From positions 1-33,448 of the forward strand of contig JAPLIO010000214.1 in NCBI GenBank assembly GCA_026389055.1: a DNA stretch of 33,448 bases, in the 5' to 3' direction. Below the pieces are notes generated by a model. It did no database searches, was not told the DNA's origin, and saw only the letters and a list, made by a program, of their open reading frames with translations. Both the position numbers and the translations under genes were made by a program. Source of the stretch: Candidatus Melainabacteria bacterium (GTDB lineage: Bacteria; Cyanobacteriota; Vampirovibrionia; Vampirovibrionales; JAJTHC01). Shown here one piece after another: positions 15,829 to 27,560 of the stretch. Positions within the stretch are counted from its first letter, which is position 1. Each line of letters begins with the position of its first letter.

Positions 15829-16899
15829 ATGCTTACTTCTTCCCTTCAATTAGATACCCTACCCACCCTGCAAATTGACGTTATCCGCCAAGTAACCACC
15901 TGTCAAACCATCGAAGCACTAGAAGCCCTAAGGGTCGAAATTTTAGGGCGTAGCGGGCAATTAACCCTACTAAAACGCAACCTAAAAGATGTTTCCCCCG
16001 AAGAACGCCCTGCCGTCGGGCAAGCCCTCAACGCCGTTTCACAAGCCATTGAAACCGCCTTAACCGAAAAGAAAACCCAGCTAGAACAAGCCGCACTAAC
16101 CGAAAAATTACGCACCGAAACCATCGACGTTACCCTGCCCGGTTTGCCCAGCGTTGTGGGCAAACGCCACCCCCTGACCTTAGTAATAGACGATATTTGT
16201 AGCGTGTTTGAAGGCATGGGCTATAGCGTGTTGGATGACAACGCCTGCCCCGAAGTGGAAACGGAATTTTACAATTTTGAAGCCCTTAACTTCCCCGAAG
16301 ACCACCCTGCCAGAGATATGCAAGATACTTACTACACGGAAGTTGCCAAGAACGTGTTGCTCCGTTCGCAAACCAGTAACGCCCAAATTCGGTATATGTC
16401 TGCCCAAAAAACGCCTCCTTTCAAAGTGGTTGCCCCCGGGCGGGTTTACAGAAATGAAGAAGTTTCTAGCAGAAAGTACGTTTTGTTTCATCAAATTGAA
16501 GGGCTTTATGTAGCCGAAAACGTAACCTTTGCCGATTTAAAAGGCACGCTGAACACGTTTATCGCTCAGTTGTTTGGTGGGTCTCCTCGGAAGACTCGGT
16601 TTCGCCCTAGCTTTTTTCCGTTTACTGAACCCAGTGCGGAAGTGGATGTGGAATGCTTGTTTTGTGGCGGCGATGGCTGTAAAGTGTGCGGGCATAGTGG
16701 TTGGCTAGAAATTTTAGGGGCTGGCATGGTTCACCCCAATGTGTTAGAAAATTGCGGGATTGATTCGGAAAAATACACGGGCTTTGCCTTCGGTATGGGC
16801 GTTGAACGCCTAGCCATGTTGCGGGACGCTATTGACGATATTCGTATTTTTTACAATAACGACCAACGCTTCCTCAAGCAATTTAATCCTGCTTATTAA
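15829..16899 (+). CDS. pheS: Phenylalanine--tRNA ligase alpha subunit
   Basis: Class II aaRS motifs are present: HPARDMQDTYY, FHQIEGL and GFAFGMGVERLAML. ATG 15829 (MLTSSLQ...) gives a typical 356-aa length. The ORF track start at 15703 overlaps the upstream gene. Confidence 0.92.
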   Translation: MLTSSLQLDTLPTLQIDVIRQVTTCQTIEALEALRVEILGRSGQLTLLKRNLKDVSPEERPAVGQALNAVSQAIETALTEKKTQLEQAALTEKLRTETIDVTLPGLPSVVGKRHPLTLVIDDICSVFEGMGYSVLDDNACPEVETEFYNFEALNFPEDHPARDMQDTYYTEVAKNVLLRSQTSNAQIRYMSAQKTPPFKVVAPGRVYRNEEVSSRKYVLFHQIEGLYVAENVTFADLKGTLNTFIAQLFGGSPRKTRFRPSFFPFTEPSAEVDVECLFCGGDGCKVCGHSGWLEILGAGMVHPNVLENCGIDSEKYTGFAFGMGVERLAMLRDAIDDIRIFYNNDQRFLKQFNPAY

Positions 16900-16918
16900 C
16901 GGATAGGAGGACGGCTTC

Positions 16919-17215
16919 ATGTTAAAAACGACCCAACAAGTGATTGAACAATTGCAAAGCATGCAACCTAGCTTGAAACAAATCTATGGTATTGAGCATT
17001 TATGGTTGTTTGGGTCTGTTGCCAGAAATGAGGCGACTGCTTTTTCTGATTTAGATTTGCTTTATCAGCCCAGCTTGCCTCTTGGGTTGGAGTTGATGAG
17101 TTTGTGGGATGAGTTAGAGGCAACATTCGGATGCAAGGTTGATTTGGGCGATGTTCGGTATGTGAAGCCACGCTTAAAAGCCAGTATTTCAAAGGATTTA
17201 ATCGATGTCTTCTAA
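16919..17215 (+). CDS. Nucleotidyltransferase-domain protein (MNT/MntA-type antitoxin-like)
   Basis: The minimal nucleotidyltransferase fold motif LFGSVARNEATAFSDLDLL (GS...D.D) is present. 98 aa. Confidence 0.8.
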   Translation: MLKTTQQVIEQLQSMQPSLKQIYGIEHLWLFGSVARNEATAFSDLDLLYQPSLPLGLELMSLWDELEATFGCKVDLGDVRYVKPRLKASISKDLIDVF

Positions 17216-17237
17216 AAACAGTAAATGGATAATATAA

Positions 17238-19457
<2,220 letters not shown>

Positions 19458-19558
19458 AATTTTGATGAGCTTTTAACTGTTTAACAACAAAGCATTAACT
19501 TAGTTATAATGCCTTCGTTCAATGTTACTATTAATTAAAATGAGGTTAAATCCATCTA

Positions 19559-20113
19559 ATGAGTAAAAAAATGAATGCAATTACTATCCAGCTACCTACT
19601 CCTCCATACGAAGCTAATGCTGTAGACAAAGCATTTGTTGGGCAATTGCAACCTGACCCTAAGTTTCTACCTCAACTAAAATCTTTAAAAGACAGGTTTG
19701 AGGCGGACATGAAGAACTTACAACAAATTACTCCTAGTGTTGGGAAAGAGAGAGTACTTAACTTACCTTCATTTGAAAAATTGCGTAATTTTGTGGCAAA
19801 AAACTTAGGTCAGTTGGCTCACAAACAACATGAAGCAGCCTTATTAGATATAGTAGAACCTAGATTATTAATTTCATCTGCAATGAAAGAACGTGGCGTA
19901 ATCAATAAGCTAAATCTTTGGACAGCAGGATTCGTCGCTTCTTTTGGTCTAGCGGTGGGCGGTGTGATGACTGAAAATGTAAAGGTTTTTGAAAATGGTG
20001 TCCTAGGTACCATTGTAACAGCGGTCGGTGCGATGAGATCGGCTACTTTTCAATCAATTGGTGAAGGTGCCATTGAAAAAATAGCAAAAAGCGGCGGCTT
20101 ACCTCGTGTTTAA
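19559..20113 (+). CDS. Hypothetical protein with a Gly-rich hydrophobic C-terminal region
   Basis: 184 aa and AT-richer than its neighbours, with GAGG upstream. The C-terminus contains WTAGFVASFGLAVGGVM and GTIVTAVGAM segments. A strong terminator follows. Confidence 0.5.
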   Translation: MSKKMNAITIQLPTPPYEANAVDKAFVGQLQPDPKFLPQLKSLKDRFEADMKNLQQITPSVGKERVLNLPSFEKLRNFVAKNLGQLAHKQHEAALLDIVEPRLLISSAMKERGVINKLNLWTAGFVASFGLAVGGVMTENVKVFENGVLGTIVTAVGAMRSATFQSIGEGAIEKIAKSGGLPRV

Positions 20114-20128
20114 TTGACAAAACAAATA

Positions 20129-20165
20129 AACGCCTTGCTTACCCTATTTAAGCAAGGCGTTTTGT
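20129..20165 (+). terminator. Intrinsic terminator
   Basis: AACGCCTTGCTT and AAGCAAGGCGTT form a 12-bp stem with a 9-nt loop, followed by TTTGTAATTT. Confidence 0.65.
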
Positions 20166-20255
20166 AATTTGTAGCTAATTCGTCATTTTTTGGGGATAAT
20201 AGGGAGATAGTATGTTACATCTCCCTTTTGCCCTAAAAAGGAATCCTTCCCTGCC

Positions 20256-21164
20256 ATGACAACCATCGCTACCATCCCATCCGCACTAGCGTGCCAAACG
20301 TTTCAAGATTTATTGGCCCGCCTTAGCCAGTTTTGGGCAAACCAAGGGTGCGTCATCCAACAACCGTTTGACCTTGAAAAAGGGGCTTCCACCATGAACC
20401 CCGCCACCTTCCTTCGGGCATTAGGTCCCGAACCGTGGAACCTAGCCAACGTAGACCCCTGCCGTCGTCCTACCGACGGACGTTACGGCGAAAACCCCAA
20501 TCGCTTGCAACACTATTTTCAATATCAAGTGCTAATGAAACCATCCCCCCCCAATATTCAGGAGTTGTATTTAGATTCGCTCCGAGCCTTAGGCATTAAA
20601 CCCGAAGAACATGATATTCGGTTTGTAGAAGACAATTGGGAATCGCCCACGTTAGGGGCATGGGGCGTAGGCTGGGAAGTTTGGTTGGATGGCATGGAAG
20701 TAACGCAATTCACCTATTTTCAACAAGCAGGCGGGTTGGAAGTAAACCCCTGTGCCGTGGAAATTACCTATGGGTGCGAACGCTTAGCGATGTATCTGCA
20801 AAACAAAGAAAGCGTTTATGACTTGGCTTGGAATGAAACCTGTAGCTACGGCGATGTTTATTTGCAAAACGAAATTGAACAATCTACCTATAATTTTCAG
20901 GTTTCTAACAGGGAACGGTTAGCTCAACGCTTTGACCTTTACAAAGCCGAAGTGCAAGATTGTTTAGAAGCGAAATTAGTGTTACCCGCTTATGAGCAGG
21001 TTTTAAAATGTTCACACACGTTTAACCTAATGGATGCCCGTGGTATGTTAAGCCGTGATGAGCGGACGAATCATATTATGATTATTCGTCGGTTAGCGGA
21101 ACAAGTGGCTAAACTGTATGTAGAACAACGCAAAGCGTTAGGTTTTCCATTGTTAAAAAAGTAA
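20256..21164 (+). CDS. glyQ: Glycine--tRNA ligase alpha subunit
   Basis: 302 aa with the highly conserved GlyQ blocks [62 protein letters not shown] and [13 protein letters not shown]. No glyS gene follows. Confidence 0.95.
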   Translation: MTTIATIPSALACQTFQDLLARLSQFWANQGCVIQQPFDLEKGASTMNPATFLRALGPEPWNLANVDPCRRPTDGRYGENPNRLQHYFQYQVLMKPSPPNIQELYLDSLRALGIKPEEHDIRFVEDNWESPTLGAWGVGWEVWLDGMEVTQFTYFQQAGGLEVNPCAVEITYGCERLAMYLQNKESVYDLAWNETCSYGDVYLQNEIEQSTYNFQVSNRERLAQRFDLYKAEVQDCLEAKLVLPAYEQVLKCSHTFNLMDARGMLSRDERTNHIMIIRRLAEQVAKLYVEQRKALGFPLLKK

Positions 21165-21310
21165 TAGACCTCTTGCATGGCTCGATATCTGGGGCATCTT
21201 CGTTGTCATTTGCGGTACTCGAATTCTTATGTACTTTTGTGTACACCGCAAATTCTGCGTTCCTCATTCCTAGAATCTGCACCCACCTATCGAGCCATGC
21301 AAAAGGCCTA
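21165..21310 (-). repeat. Family A palindromic structured element, 146 nt, inverted orientation
   Basis: Its reverse complement aligns end to end with 6506-6651, with roughly ten substitutions. It begins at the base immediately after the glyQ TAA stop codon. Confidence 0.85.
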
Positions 21311-21457
21311 ATAGGTTTGGGGTATTGTATCTCAATTTAAATAACAACCTAAAGTTTTGATGACTTTAGGTCGAAAGCTCTTTTAGTAGTCGTTTGTTTT
21401 ACTCCGGTTCGTTTGAAAACAGGAGTAAAGCTCGCTTCAAAACAGGAGTATATTGCA

Positions 21458-22246
21458 GTGGTGTTTAAGCGAAACAATGGGTTTACCTTAGTAGAAGCCC
21501 TTATATCATTAGGTTTGGTGGCGTTTATTTCTGTACTTAGTGTTAAACTGTTAGAGCCACCCCCTCGTCAAAATAGTTACGGCAGAAAAGCAGGCGATTT
21601 TATCGAACATTTGATTTCGGTGCATCGGCAAGTGGAATTAACCCGAGGAAGAGCCCCGCTAACACCAGATTTAGCAGGGACTTATTTAGATTTAGATAAC
21701 GTAACTACTACGCCAGAACTGGGGTTTTCTGTTGCTTTAATGCAAAATGAAACCCAAGCCAATTATTGTACCAGTGCTGCTAACCCAGAATGTGCAACTT
21801 GGGCTACAAACCGTGCAGATTTTTTAGATTACCCCGGTGGGATGCGGCTTTATTTGCGTCCTGAACAATTTACGTGGGTAAGAACCTTACTACAATCTGC
21901 TCCGTTTAGTATTGCAGCCACTAATTTTAATAGAAACACCGTTGTTGCACCCACTACTACAAGACCTTATAGAGTTCAAAGCTTTTATCTTCTGGATATG
22001 GACCCACTAACCCCACCAACGGCTTTAGCCAACGATGATTTAGTTTTATTGTATGTGAACAATGAATCTGGCACAATTTCAACAGCAGCCCAAGAAGCGG
22101 TTAATGCCTTAAGATACTTCTCTGCAGGAAGTACGACACCCGTATTCGCTGATGGCAGAGCCACTTTTACTTGCTCATTCTATGATGTGCATAAAGGGTT
22201 TAATGCTTGTGCAGCCATTGGTGGGCAAGCTGTATTGGGTGCATAG
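21458..22246 (+). CDS. Prepilin-type N-terminal cleavage/methylation domain protein (type IV pilin or pseudopilin-like)
   Basis: GTG start with AGGAG 9 nt upstream. The leader VVFKRNNG|FTLVEALISLGLVAFISVL has the class III signal (Gly-1, Phe+1, Glu+5). The 240-aa C-terminal domain is of unknown fold. Confidence 0.7.
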   Translation: MVFKRNNGFTLVEALISLGLVAFISVLSVKLLEPPPRQNSYGRKAGDFIEHLISVHRQVELTRGRAPLTPDLAGTYLDLDNVTTTPELGFSVALMQNETQANYCTSAANPECATWATNRADFLDYPGGMRLYLRPEQFTWVRTLLQSAPFSIAATNFNRNTVVAPTTTRPYRVQSFYLLDMDPLTPPTALANDDLVLLYVNNESGTISTAAQEAVNALRYFSAGSTTPVFADGRATFTCSFYDVHKGFNACAAIGGQAVLGA

Positions 22247-22309
22247 GGTAAAAATCTAATAAACCGCTAGATAGTTTTTTTGTTACTCATTCATGGAGAC
22301 CTTCAATTT

Positions 22310-23479
22310 ATGGTAAATTTCAACCGAAAACATCCACCCTCTAGTAGAAACCAAGGCTTTAACTTGATTGAAATTTTACTAGCCATTACGTTTTTTTCGT
22401 TGGCATTTTCGGGTATGTTACTTGGTTCAACCGCCATGATTAACACGTCTACCAATGGTACCAAAATCAATGAAGATAATGCGGTAATGGGTGCCATGTT
22501 TACGGGTATTAATGCTCAAAGTGCTTATGTTGAAGCATCTGCTGCTCAATTAACCACCTTAGGCGTTCCTAATCCAAGTGTGCAGAATAACCCAGCAGGA
22601 GATATTCGTACAAGGCAAGCCCTTATTATTCCTGATGATACGGTTCAGCGTGTAAGTGGTGTAGATACCAATGCGGACAACCGCCGTTTTTATTTTGAAC
22701 GATTGGTTTTCTCTAATTTGGAAACGCCCGATGTTAAAACCGCCCAACTAGATGTTTATACCCAACCTGCAGGGGGTACACCCATTAAATCTGTCGTTAG
22801 AAGGCTAGATAAACGAGAAGAATGTTTTGCTATGGGTGTTGAGGGGTCTCTTTATTTACCTAGTTTTGGGCAACCTTGTACGGGGTGGAGTTCAGGTGTT
22901 AATGTGCCTCAAGCCAGAGCGATGACGTTAGATTTACCTGGCAATAATCAAGATTTTAGAACGTCTTTCAGAATAAATGGGGCCACCGCTGCTTTGGTTA
23001 CCGATGGGAGATTTAGGCCATTTGATGCTACGGCAGGGGCACCACCAATGGAACCTACCGATAAAGGACACCAAGTAGATAATGGTATTACAGCGGAATA
23101 CTGGATAGAAGCAACCCCCAACGTAGCTTATAATTTAATTGTTGGGTTACGCAAACAAACAAACGCCCAAACTTATACTGTTAGCGTTAATAGAGATTAT
23201 ACAGGTGCCATTGATTGCGACGACGTAACGCCTCGTCCTCGTAATTGCCAGCGTGAAATTATTACAGTTCCAGAGGTAGGTAGCACTTTACCTGTTGCAG
23301 ATGGTCAACCCTTTAGCGTGAGATTTGACAATATTATGCCTTATTCCGTGCCTGGCGAAACTCGGCGTGTATTTAGAATTCAGGTGCTTTCTACAGTACC
23401 CCCATTGTCTACACTACCTGTTCGTAATGCTAACCCAGCCGTCATTCACTATATCAAAAAAGAATTAGCCCGTAACTAA
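22310..23479 (+). CDS. Large prepilin-type N-terminal cleavage/methylation domain protein
   Basis: ATG start with GGAG 11 nt upstream. The leader MVNFNRKHPPSSRNQG|FNLIEILLAITFFSLAF has Glu at +5. The 389-aa protein has a large unrecognised C-terminal region. Confidence 0.7.
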   Translation: MVNFNRKHPPSSRNQGFNLIEILLAITFFSLAFSGMLLGSTAMINTSTNGTKINEDNAVMGAMFTGINAQSAYVEASAAQLTTLGVPNPSVQNNPAGDIRTRQALIIPDDTVQRVSGVDTNADNRRFYFERLVFSNLETPDVKTAQLDVYTQPAGGTPIKSVVRRLDKREECFAMGVEGSLYLPSFGQPCTGWSSGVNVPQARAMTLDLPGNNQDFRTSFRINGATAALVTDGRFRPFDATAGAPPMEPTDKGHQVDNGITAEYWIEATPNVAYNLIVGLRKQTNAQTYTVSVNRDYTGAIDCDDVTPRPRNCQREIITVPEVGSTLPVADGQPFSVRFDNIMPYSVPGETRRVFRIQVLSTVPPLSTLPVRNANPAVIHYIKKELARN

Positions 23480-23482
23480 TAG

Positions 23483-24139
23483 CTATGCTTTTGTCTTTAC
23501 CAAATTCGCTAAAGCGGCAGCATTCAGCTTTAAGCCTACCACTTGCCACAAATTCTCCCCTGTTTCGCTAGCTGAAGCAGGGGGTCTTTGTACCAGCTCA
23601 AACGTTAAAGCCGCATTCTTCAACTGCGGAATATTCACCTGAAAGGTAAAACTGGCGGATTGTTTATCTTCGCTCAGCTTACTATCCACAATGCTGGCAT
23701 AGCCCATTAACGTTTTGGTACTAACTAATAAGTGCAACGTAGGCACCACCCAGCCTTGAATTTTCCTCGTATTGTTGCCCATAAAATCGCATTTTGCCAA
23801 TTTTGTTTCAAAATCCTGTACCATCGTGTTTTGTTGGGAAGCTATCAGTTGGTTAATCGTTGCTTCATCAAGCATACCATTACTGCTTAACGAATCCGAC
23901 TCTGATTTAAGCTGGCTTTGGAGGATGCTTTTAACCACGGCATTTAAATTCACCGCTTGATTAAATTGTTCAACATCGCACGCCTGTAACGCCTCTGTCA
24001 TAGCAATCAGTTTATATTCTGGCGATTGTTGAACTGCGGAATTCCAATGGGTAATGCCGAAATACAGCCCAACCAACAAGGCTACATACAAGCCACTGGC
24101 TAGTAAAAATCGAATAATAAGTGTGATGATTGGGTGCAT
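23483..24139 (-). CDS. Membrane-anchored hypothetical protein, paralog of 24146-24799
   Basis: 218 aa with an N-terminal TM helix. It shares the blocks PEY.L....EA...CD, QSASF.FQV and W.VVGLKLN...LA.L with the adjacent gene. Its architecture is reminiscent of DUF2939-type proteins (weak). Confidence 0.6.
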   Translation of the reverse strand: MHPIITLIIRFLLASGLYVALLVGLYFGITHWNSAVQQSPEYKLIAMTEALQACDVEQFNQAVNLNAVVKSILQSQLKSESDSLSSNGMLDEATINQLIASQQNTMVQDFETKLAKCDFMGNNTRKIQGWVVPTLHLLVSTKTLMGYASIVDSKLSEDKQSASFTFQVNIPQLKNAALTFELVQRPPASASETGENLWQVVGLKLNAAALANLVKTKA

Positions 24140-24145
24140 GATGGA

Positions 24146-24799
24146 TTATTTCTTCTTTTTGGTAGGTTGATTCATTTCATTGAGCAACGCCAACGTTTCA
24201 TCATTCAATTCAACCCGAACTATTCGCCACGGATGAGCGGCATTGGCGGGCTGTTTTTTCAAGTGAACCGTGGCTTGTAATTCTCTCGGTTTGGGATTGT
24301 TTGTTGAAAATTGCACTATGAATGAAGCAGATTGACCATCGGTAGCCACTTGGCTATGTTCAATGGTTATTATTTCAAAGAAGTTTTTAAACACTACAAA
24401 GCTTTGCATAGCAGGCAATAACCAAGCAATATCGCTAGTCTTATTAGCACAACCTGCTACCCCTTTTTCAATAGTAGCAATGGCAGATTCTATCTTTTTG
24501 TGGATAAACGGGGCAACCAACTTAGAATTCACTAATTTTTTAGTCAATGCCGTATGATGTTTCAATTCTAGTTGCACCTGTTGTTCGCCAATGCCGTAAA
24601 GCACTTCATGCAAGGCTAACGATTCTTTCAAAGAAGGCATATCGCACCGCCCAAAGGCTTCCATCACCGTAACCAGTTGGTATTCAGGCAACGGTTTGAT
24701 GCGGGTATTCCACCAATAATCCGTACTAACCCAGCCCACCACGCCAAGCCCCAATACGGCAACAGCACCAATAAATAATCCGTTTTTTAAGATGCTCAT
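24146..24799 (-). CDS. Membrane-anchored hypothetical protein, paralog of 23483-24139
   Basis: 217 aa with an N-terminal TM helix. It starts 4 nt downstream of the folC stop, and the next gene starts 6 nt after its own stop, so the three genes look like one operon. Confidence 0.6.
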   Translation of the reverse strand: MSILKNGLFIGAVAVLGLGVVGWVSTDYWWNTRIKPLPEYQLVTVMEAFGRCDMPSLKESLALHEVLYGIGEQQVQLELKHHTALTKKLVNSKLVAPFIHKKIESAIATIEKGVAGCANKTSDIAWLLPAMQSFVVFKNFFEIITIEHSQVATDGQSASFIVQFSTNNPKPRELQATVHLKKQPANAAHPWRIVRVELNDETLALLNEMNQPTKKKK

Positions 24800-24803
24800 C
24801 TTT

Positions 24804-26309
24804 TTACAACCCCTCTGCTTCTAAGTATTTTAATACATCGCCCGTTGTGTAAAGCGAACCCGTTACTACGCCTAACGCCGAAGATTGAGAAACAAGCGTC
24901 GAAAGCTGTGGCTGCTTAGGGTGATTATTCACCCACTGTTGCAACAGACGCATGCCCACTGTGGGTGAACTAGCTGCCCAGATAGGGCGAGTGGTTAATG
25001 CAGGCAAGGCATTTCGTAATTGCTGACGTAACAGGTAAGGGCAATGGTACAAATTTGGGTTTTCATCTGCTTGAGTAGATTGCGTAACAATAACACCCAT
25101 CGTTTGGCTGGCATGGCGTTTTAGCAACTGAACCAGTAAGGCAATGGATCTGTTTTTACGCAGGCTAAGCAACCAAAAAATGGGGCGTTTTTCACCAAAC
25201 GTATCATGCAAACTAGGGGTTAGGGCATTGAGTCCATCTTCGTTATGAGACCCATCTACCAGTAAGTGCCGTTGGGGAAAGTACTGAAACCGCCCCGCCC
25301 ATTGGGCATTTTTCAGCCCTCTGTAAAAAGCTTCAATATCAGAAACAATGCCTTGGCGTTGCAAAATATTGGCTGTAGCCAACACGGTAGCCAAGTTGTG
25401 GCGTTGATAATTCCCCAACAAGCCTAGTTCAATGCGTTCAGAAGAAACCATGTTTTGAAAGGCTTGCGTGCCATTTTCTGTTAATGGGCAAGTGCGTTGC
25501 AACAGGGCGGAAGTGGTTTCAATAACGGTACCCGTACGAAACGCCGTAGCTTGTTCTTGGAGGGTTTGAAAGGCTTCATCTGGTAGGTTAGGCCCTAAAA
25601 TAACGGGTACCCCTGTGCGAAAAATGCCCGCTTTTTCTTTGGCAATACTATCTAGCGTCGTGCCAAGGTGTTCGGTATGATCAAACCCAATACTGGTAAT
25701 AACCGTAACGACGGGTTCATCCACCACATTGGTGGCGTCTAACCGCCCACCCAGCCCTGTTTCCAGCACAATCACATCAACATCTGCCTGAATAAACACC
25801 TTAAACGCCAATAAAACCAGAAATTCAAAATAAGTGGGCCAGTCTTCAGGGTTATTCGCCCGTTCACCCAATTGTTGGGTTAGCCGTTGCCATAATTGAT
25901 TTACCGCCACATTGAAATCAAATAAAGATAACGGCTGGGCGTTAATTAAAATGCGTTCAGCCACAGTACATAAGTGGGGGCTAACGGTGGTGCCTACCTT
26001 TAAGCCTTGAGCCATTATCCCGTAAGTGAGCATCGCACAAACAGAGCCTTTGCCGTTAGTGCCTGCCACATGAATAACAGGTCGTTGGTTTTGCGGATGC
26101 CCTAATAGTTCGCACAGGGCTAGCATCCGTTGGGTGCCTAGCTTGAGGGTGCTTTGTTCTAGCTGGTTCAACAACGCTTCCCCTGTAGTAGGGTGCGAAG
26201 AGGAGGAAGAAGCTGCGGCGGTAGACAAACCCAGTGGACGCTTTCTGTAACAAAAAACTGGCGGATAATTGGATATTTTTATTGTAAGCCTTTTTCTATT
26301 GAGAGACAA
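24804..26309 (-). CDS. folC: Bifunctional folylpolyglutamate synthase / dihydrofolate synthase
   Basis: Mur-ligase P-loop HVAGTNGKGS, then LETGLGGRLDATN and a C-terminal Mur ligase domain (DGSHN). The start codon is uncertain (TTG at 26309). Confidence 0.88.
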   Translation of the reverse strand: MSLNRKRLTIKISNYPPVFCYRKRPLGLSTAAASSSSSHPTTGEALLNQLEQSTLKLGTQRMLALCELLGHPQNQRPVIHVAGTNGKGSVCAMLTYGIMAQGLKVGTTVSPHLCTVAERILINAQPLSLFDFNVAVNQLWQRLTQQLGERANNPEDWPTYFEFLVLLAFKVFIQADVDVIVLETGLGGRLDATNVVDEPVVTVITSIGFDHTEHLGTTLDSIAKEKAGIFRTGVPVILGPNLPDEAFQTLQEQATAFRTGTVIETTSALLQRTCPLTENGTQAFQNMVSSERIELGLLGNYQRHNLATVLATANILQRQGIVSDIEAFYRGLKNAQWAGRFQYFPQRHLLVDGSHNEDGLNALTPSLHDTFGEKRPIFWLLSLRKNRSIALLVQLLKRHASQTMGVIVTQSTQADENPNLYHCPYLLRQQLRNALPALTTRPIWAASSPTVGMRLLQQWVNNHPKQPQLSTLVSQSSALGVVTGSLYTTGDVLKYLEAEGL

Positions 26310-26408
26310 CGTTTTTTACGCTAGATGAGGGGGATTTCAGATTTTTCTGTTTGTATCCGATAAGATAACTATCCGTAACATCATTACACCGAAGGGTACG
26401 CTTTCATT

Positions 26409-26633
26409 ATGGGGTTTTTTCAGGTAACAGTCGCATTGTTTGCGTTGCTCATGTTTATGGGGTTTATTGTCAATCTCTTCAAAAGTTCCGATGATTTATT
26501 TGATACCCGAAAAGAAACCATTTTCGATAAACTGCTCAACTGCTTTATTCCCCCTTATGATATGGTGAAGCTGCTGTTTGTCATCGGCATTGGCATGATT
26601 GGGTTCGTTATCACATCCCTAGTCGGGTTTTAA
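26409..26633 (+). CDS. Hypothetical small two-TM membrane protein
   Basis: 74 aa with two hydrophobic helices. There is no strong SD sequence. Confidence 0.4.
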   Translation: MGFFQVTVALFALLMFMGFIVNLFKSSDDLFDTRKETIFDKLLNCFIPPYDMVKLLFVIGIGMIGFVITSLVGF

Positions 26634-26639
26634 CAAAAC

Positions 26640-26660
26640 GGGAGGGTTTCAAACCCTCCC
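26640..26660 (-). terminator. Intrinsic terminator for the minus-strand gene 26693-27382
   Basis: GGGAGGGT and ACCCTCCC form a stem. On the minus strand the stem is followed by GTTTTGTT; on the plus strand no U-tract follows. Confidence 0.5.
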
Positions 26661-26692
26661 CTACGTAAAAAAATGATACAACATCTCAGCCG

Positions 26693-27382
26693 TTACGCCA
26701 TGCCTTCTTCCGCTTTTAGCTGTGCCAACCGTTGCCGAGCCATTTGCGTGGTGGCATTGCCTTCCCCTGAAGCGGAAAGATGACTAATCAACAAACCGCC
26801 TGTTAGCACGGCACCCGCAATTAACCCTGCTTTGCCCACACCTGTCATGTTGGTTAGCTTTGCCTTTTGGGCAAATTCGGTAGGATTTAGGTGTTCCGCC
26901 GCATTCATCTTTACTTTGGCGACATCGTTGGCTTGGTTGAGCATCGTGTTTAACTCTTTGTAAGGATTGTTACCGAATTTGTAGCTATTTTTGATATACT
27001 CCCCTCTGATGGTTTTATCAACTGCTTTTACATCAATTTCTGCACCATTAGCAATGCCTAGCGTTGTCCTCTGTTTAGGTGTTAATTGACTGAGAAAGGT
27101 TTTTTTAGCGTCAGTATAGCTACTATGCCCTTCTTTTGCCCACTGGCGTTCCATGGCGATGGTGGTACCCCCTGCTAAAACGGCACCCGTTCCCCACAAA
27201 GCAGCCCCACGCCAAAAGTTCCCATTTTGAGCTTCTCTCCCAAACTGCTGAGCGAGCGCCTCTTGCCTAGCATCTAACCCTGTATAACCACCATAGCCCA
27301 TGCTATTAGCTTGCCTAGCATCTCTTGGGTTACTATAACCGTTAGCTGAATAGCCTGTTACTCTACCTGTTGGATTGCTCAT
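26693..27382 (-). CDS. Hypothetical protein with two Gly-zipper-like hydrophobic segments
   Basis: 229 aa, with GGGGGAA about 8 nt upstream of the ATG. It contains the segments WGTGAVLAGGTTIAM and GKAGLIAGAVLTGGLLI. No family is recognised. Confidence 0.55.
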   Translation of the reverse strand: MSNPTGRVTGYSANGYSNPRDARQANSMGYGGYTGLDARQEALAQQFGREAQNGNFWRGAALWGTGAVLAGGTTIAMERQWAKEGHSSYTDAKKTFLSQLTPKQRTTLGIANGAEIDVKAVDKTIRGEYIKNSYKFGNNPYKELNTMLNQANDVAKVKMNAAEHLNPTEFAQKAKLTNMTGVGKAGLIAGAVLTGGLLISHLSASGEGNATTQMARQRLAQLKAEEGMA

Positions 27383-27560
27383 CGTGATTTCCCCCTTTTG
27401 TTTTTTTGTTCATTTTTATCGTTGCGTCTATCTGTTTGATGACTCATTTTTTAATCGACGCTAACACACCTATATCTGATAGCATAAAACCCACCCAACC
27501 CCCATCTTGTGCTAGTATAATGAAATTTGTACTCATGCCAATTAAAGGATTAACTATTGT

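Noticed and set aside
20195-20229. The hairpin GGGAGAT-(10 nt)-ATCTCCC followed by TTTT just upstream of glyQ, as a possible attenuator or T-box-like leader.
   Set aside because: The leader is far too short for a T-box, and no specifier or T-box sequence is present. The best -10 (GATAAT, 20195-20200) sits immediately upstream, so transcription would start inside the stem. It is more likely a 5' stabilising hairpin or chance. Not pursued.
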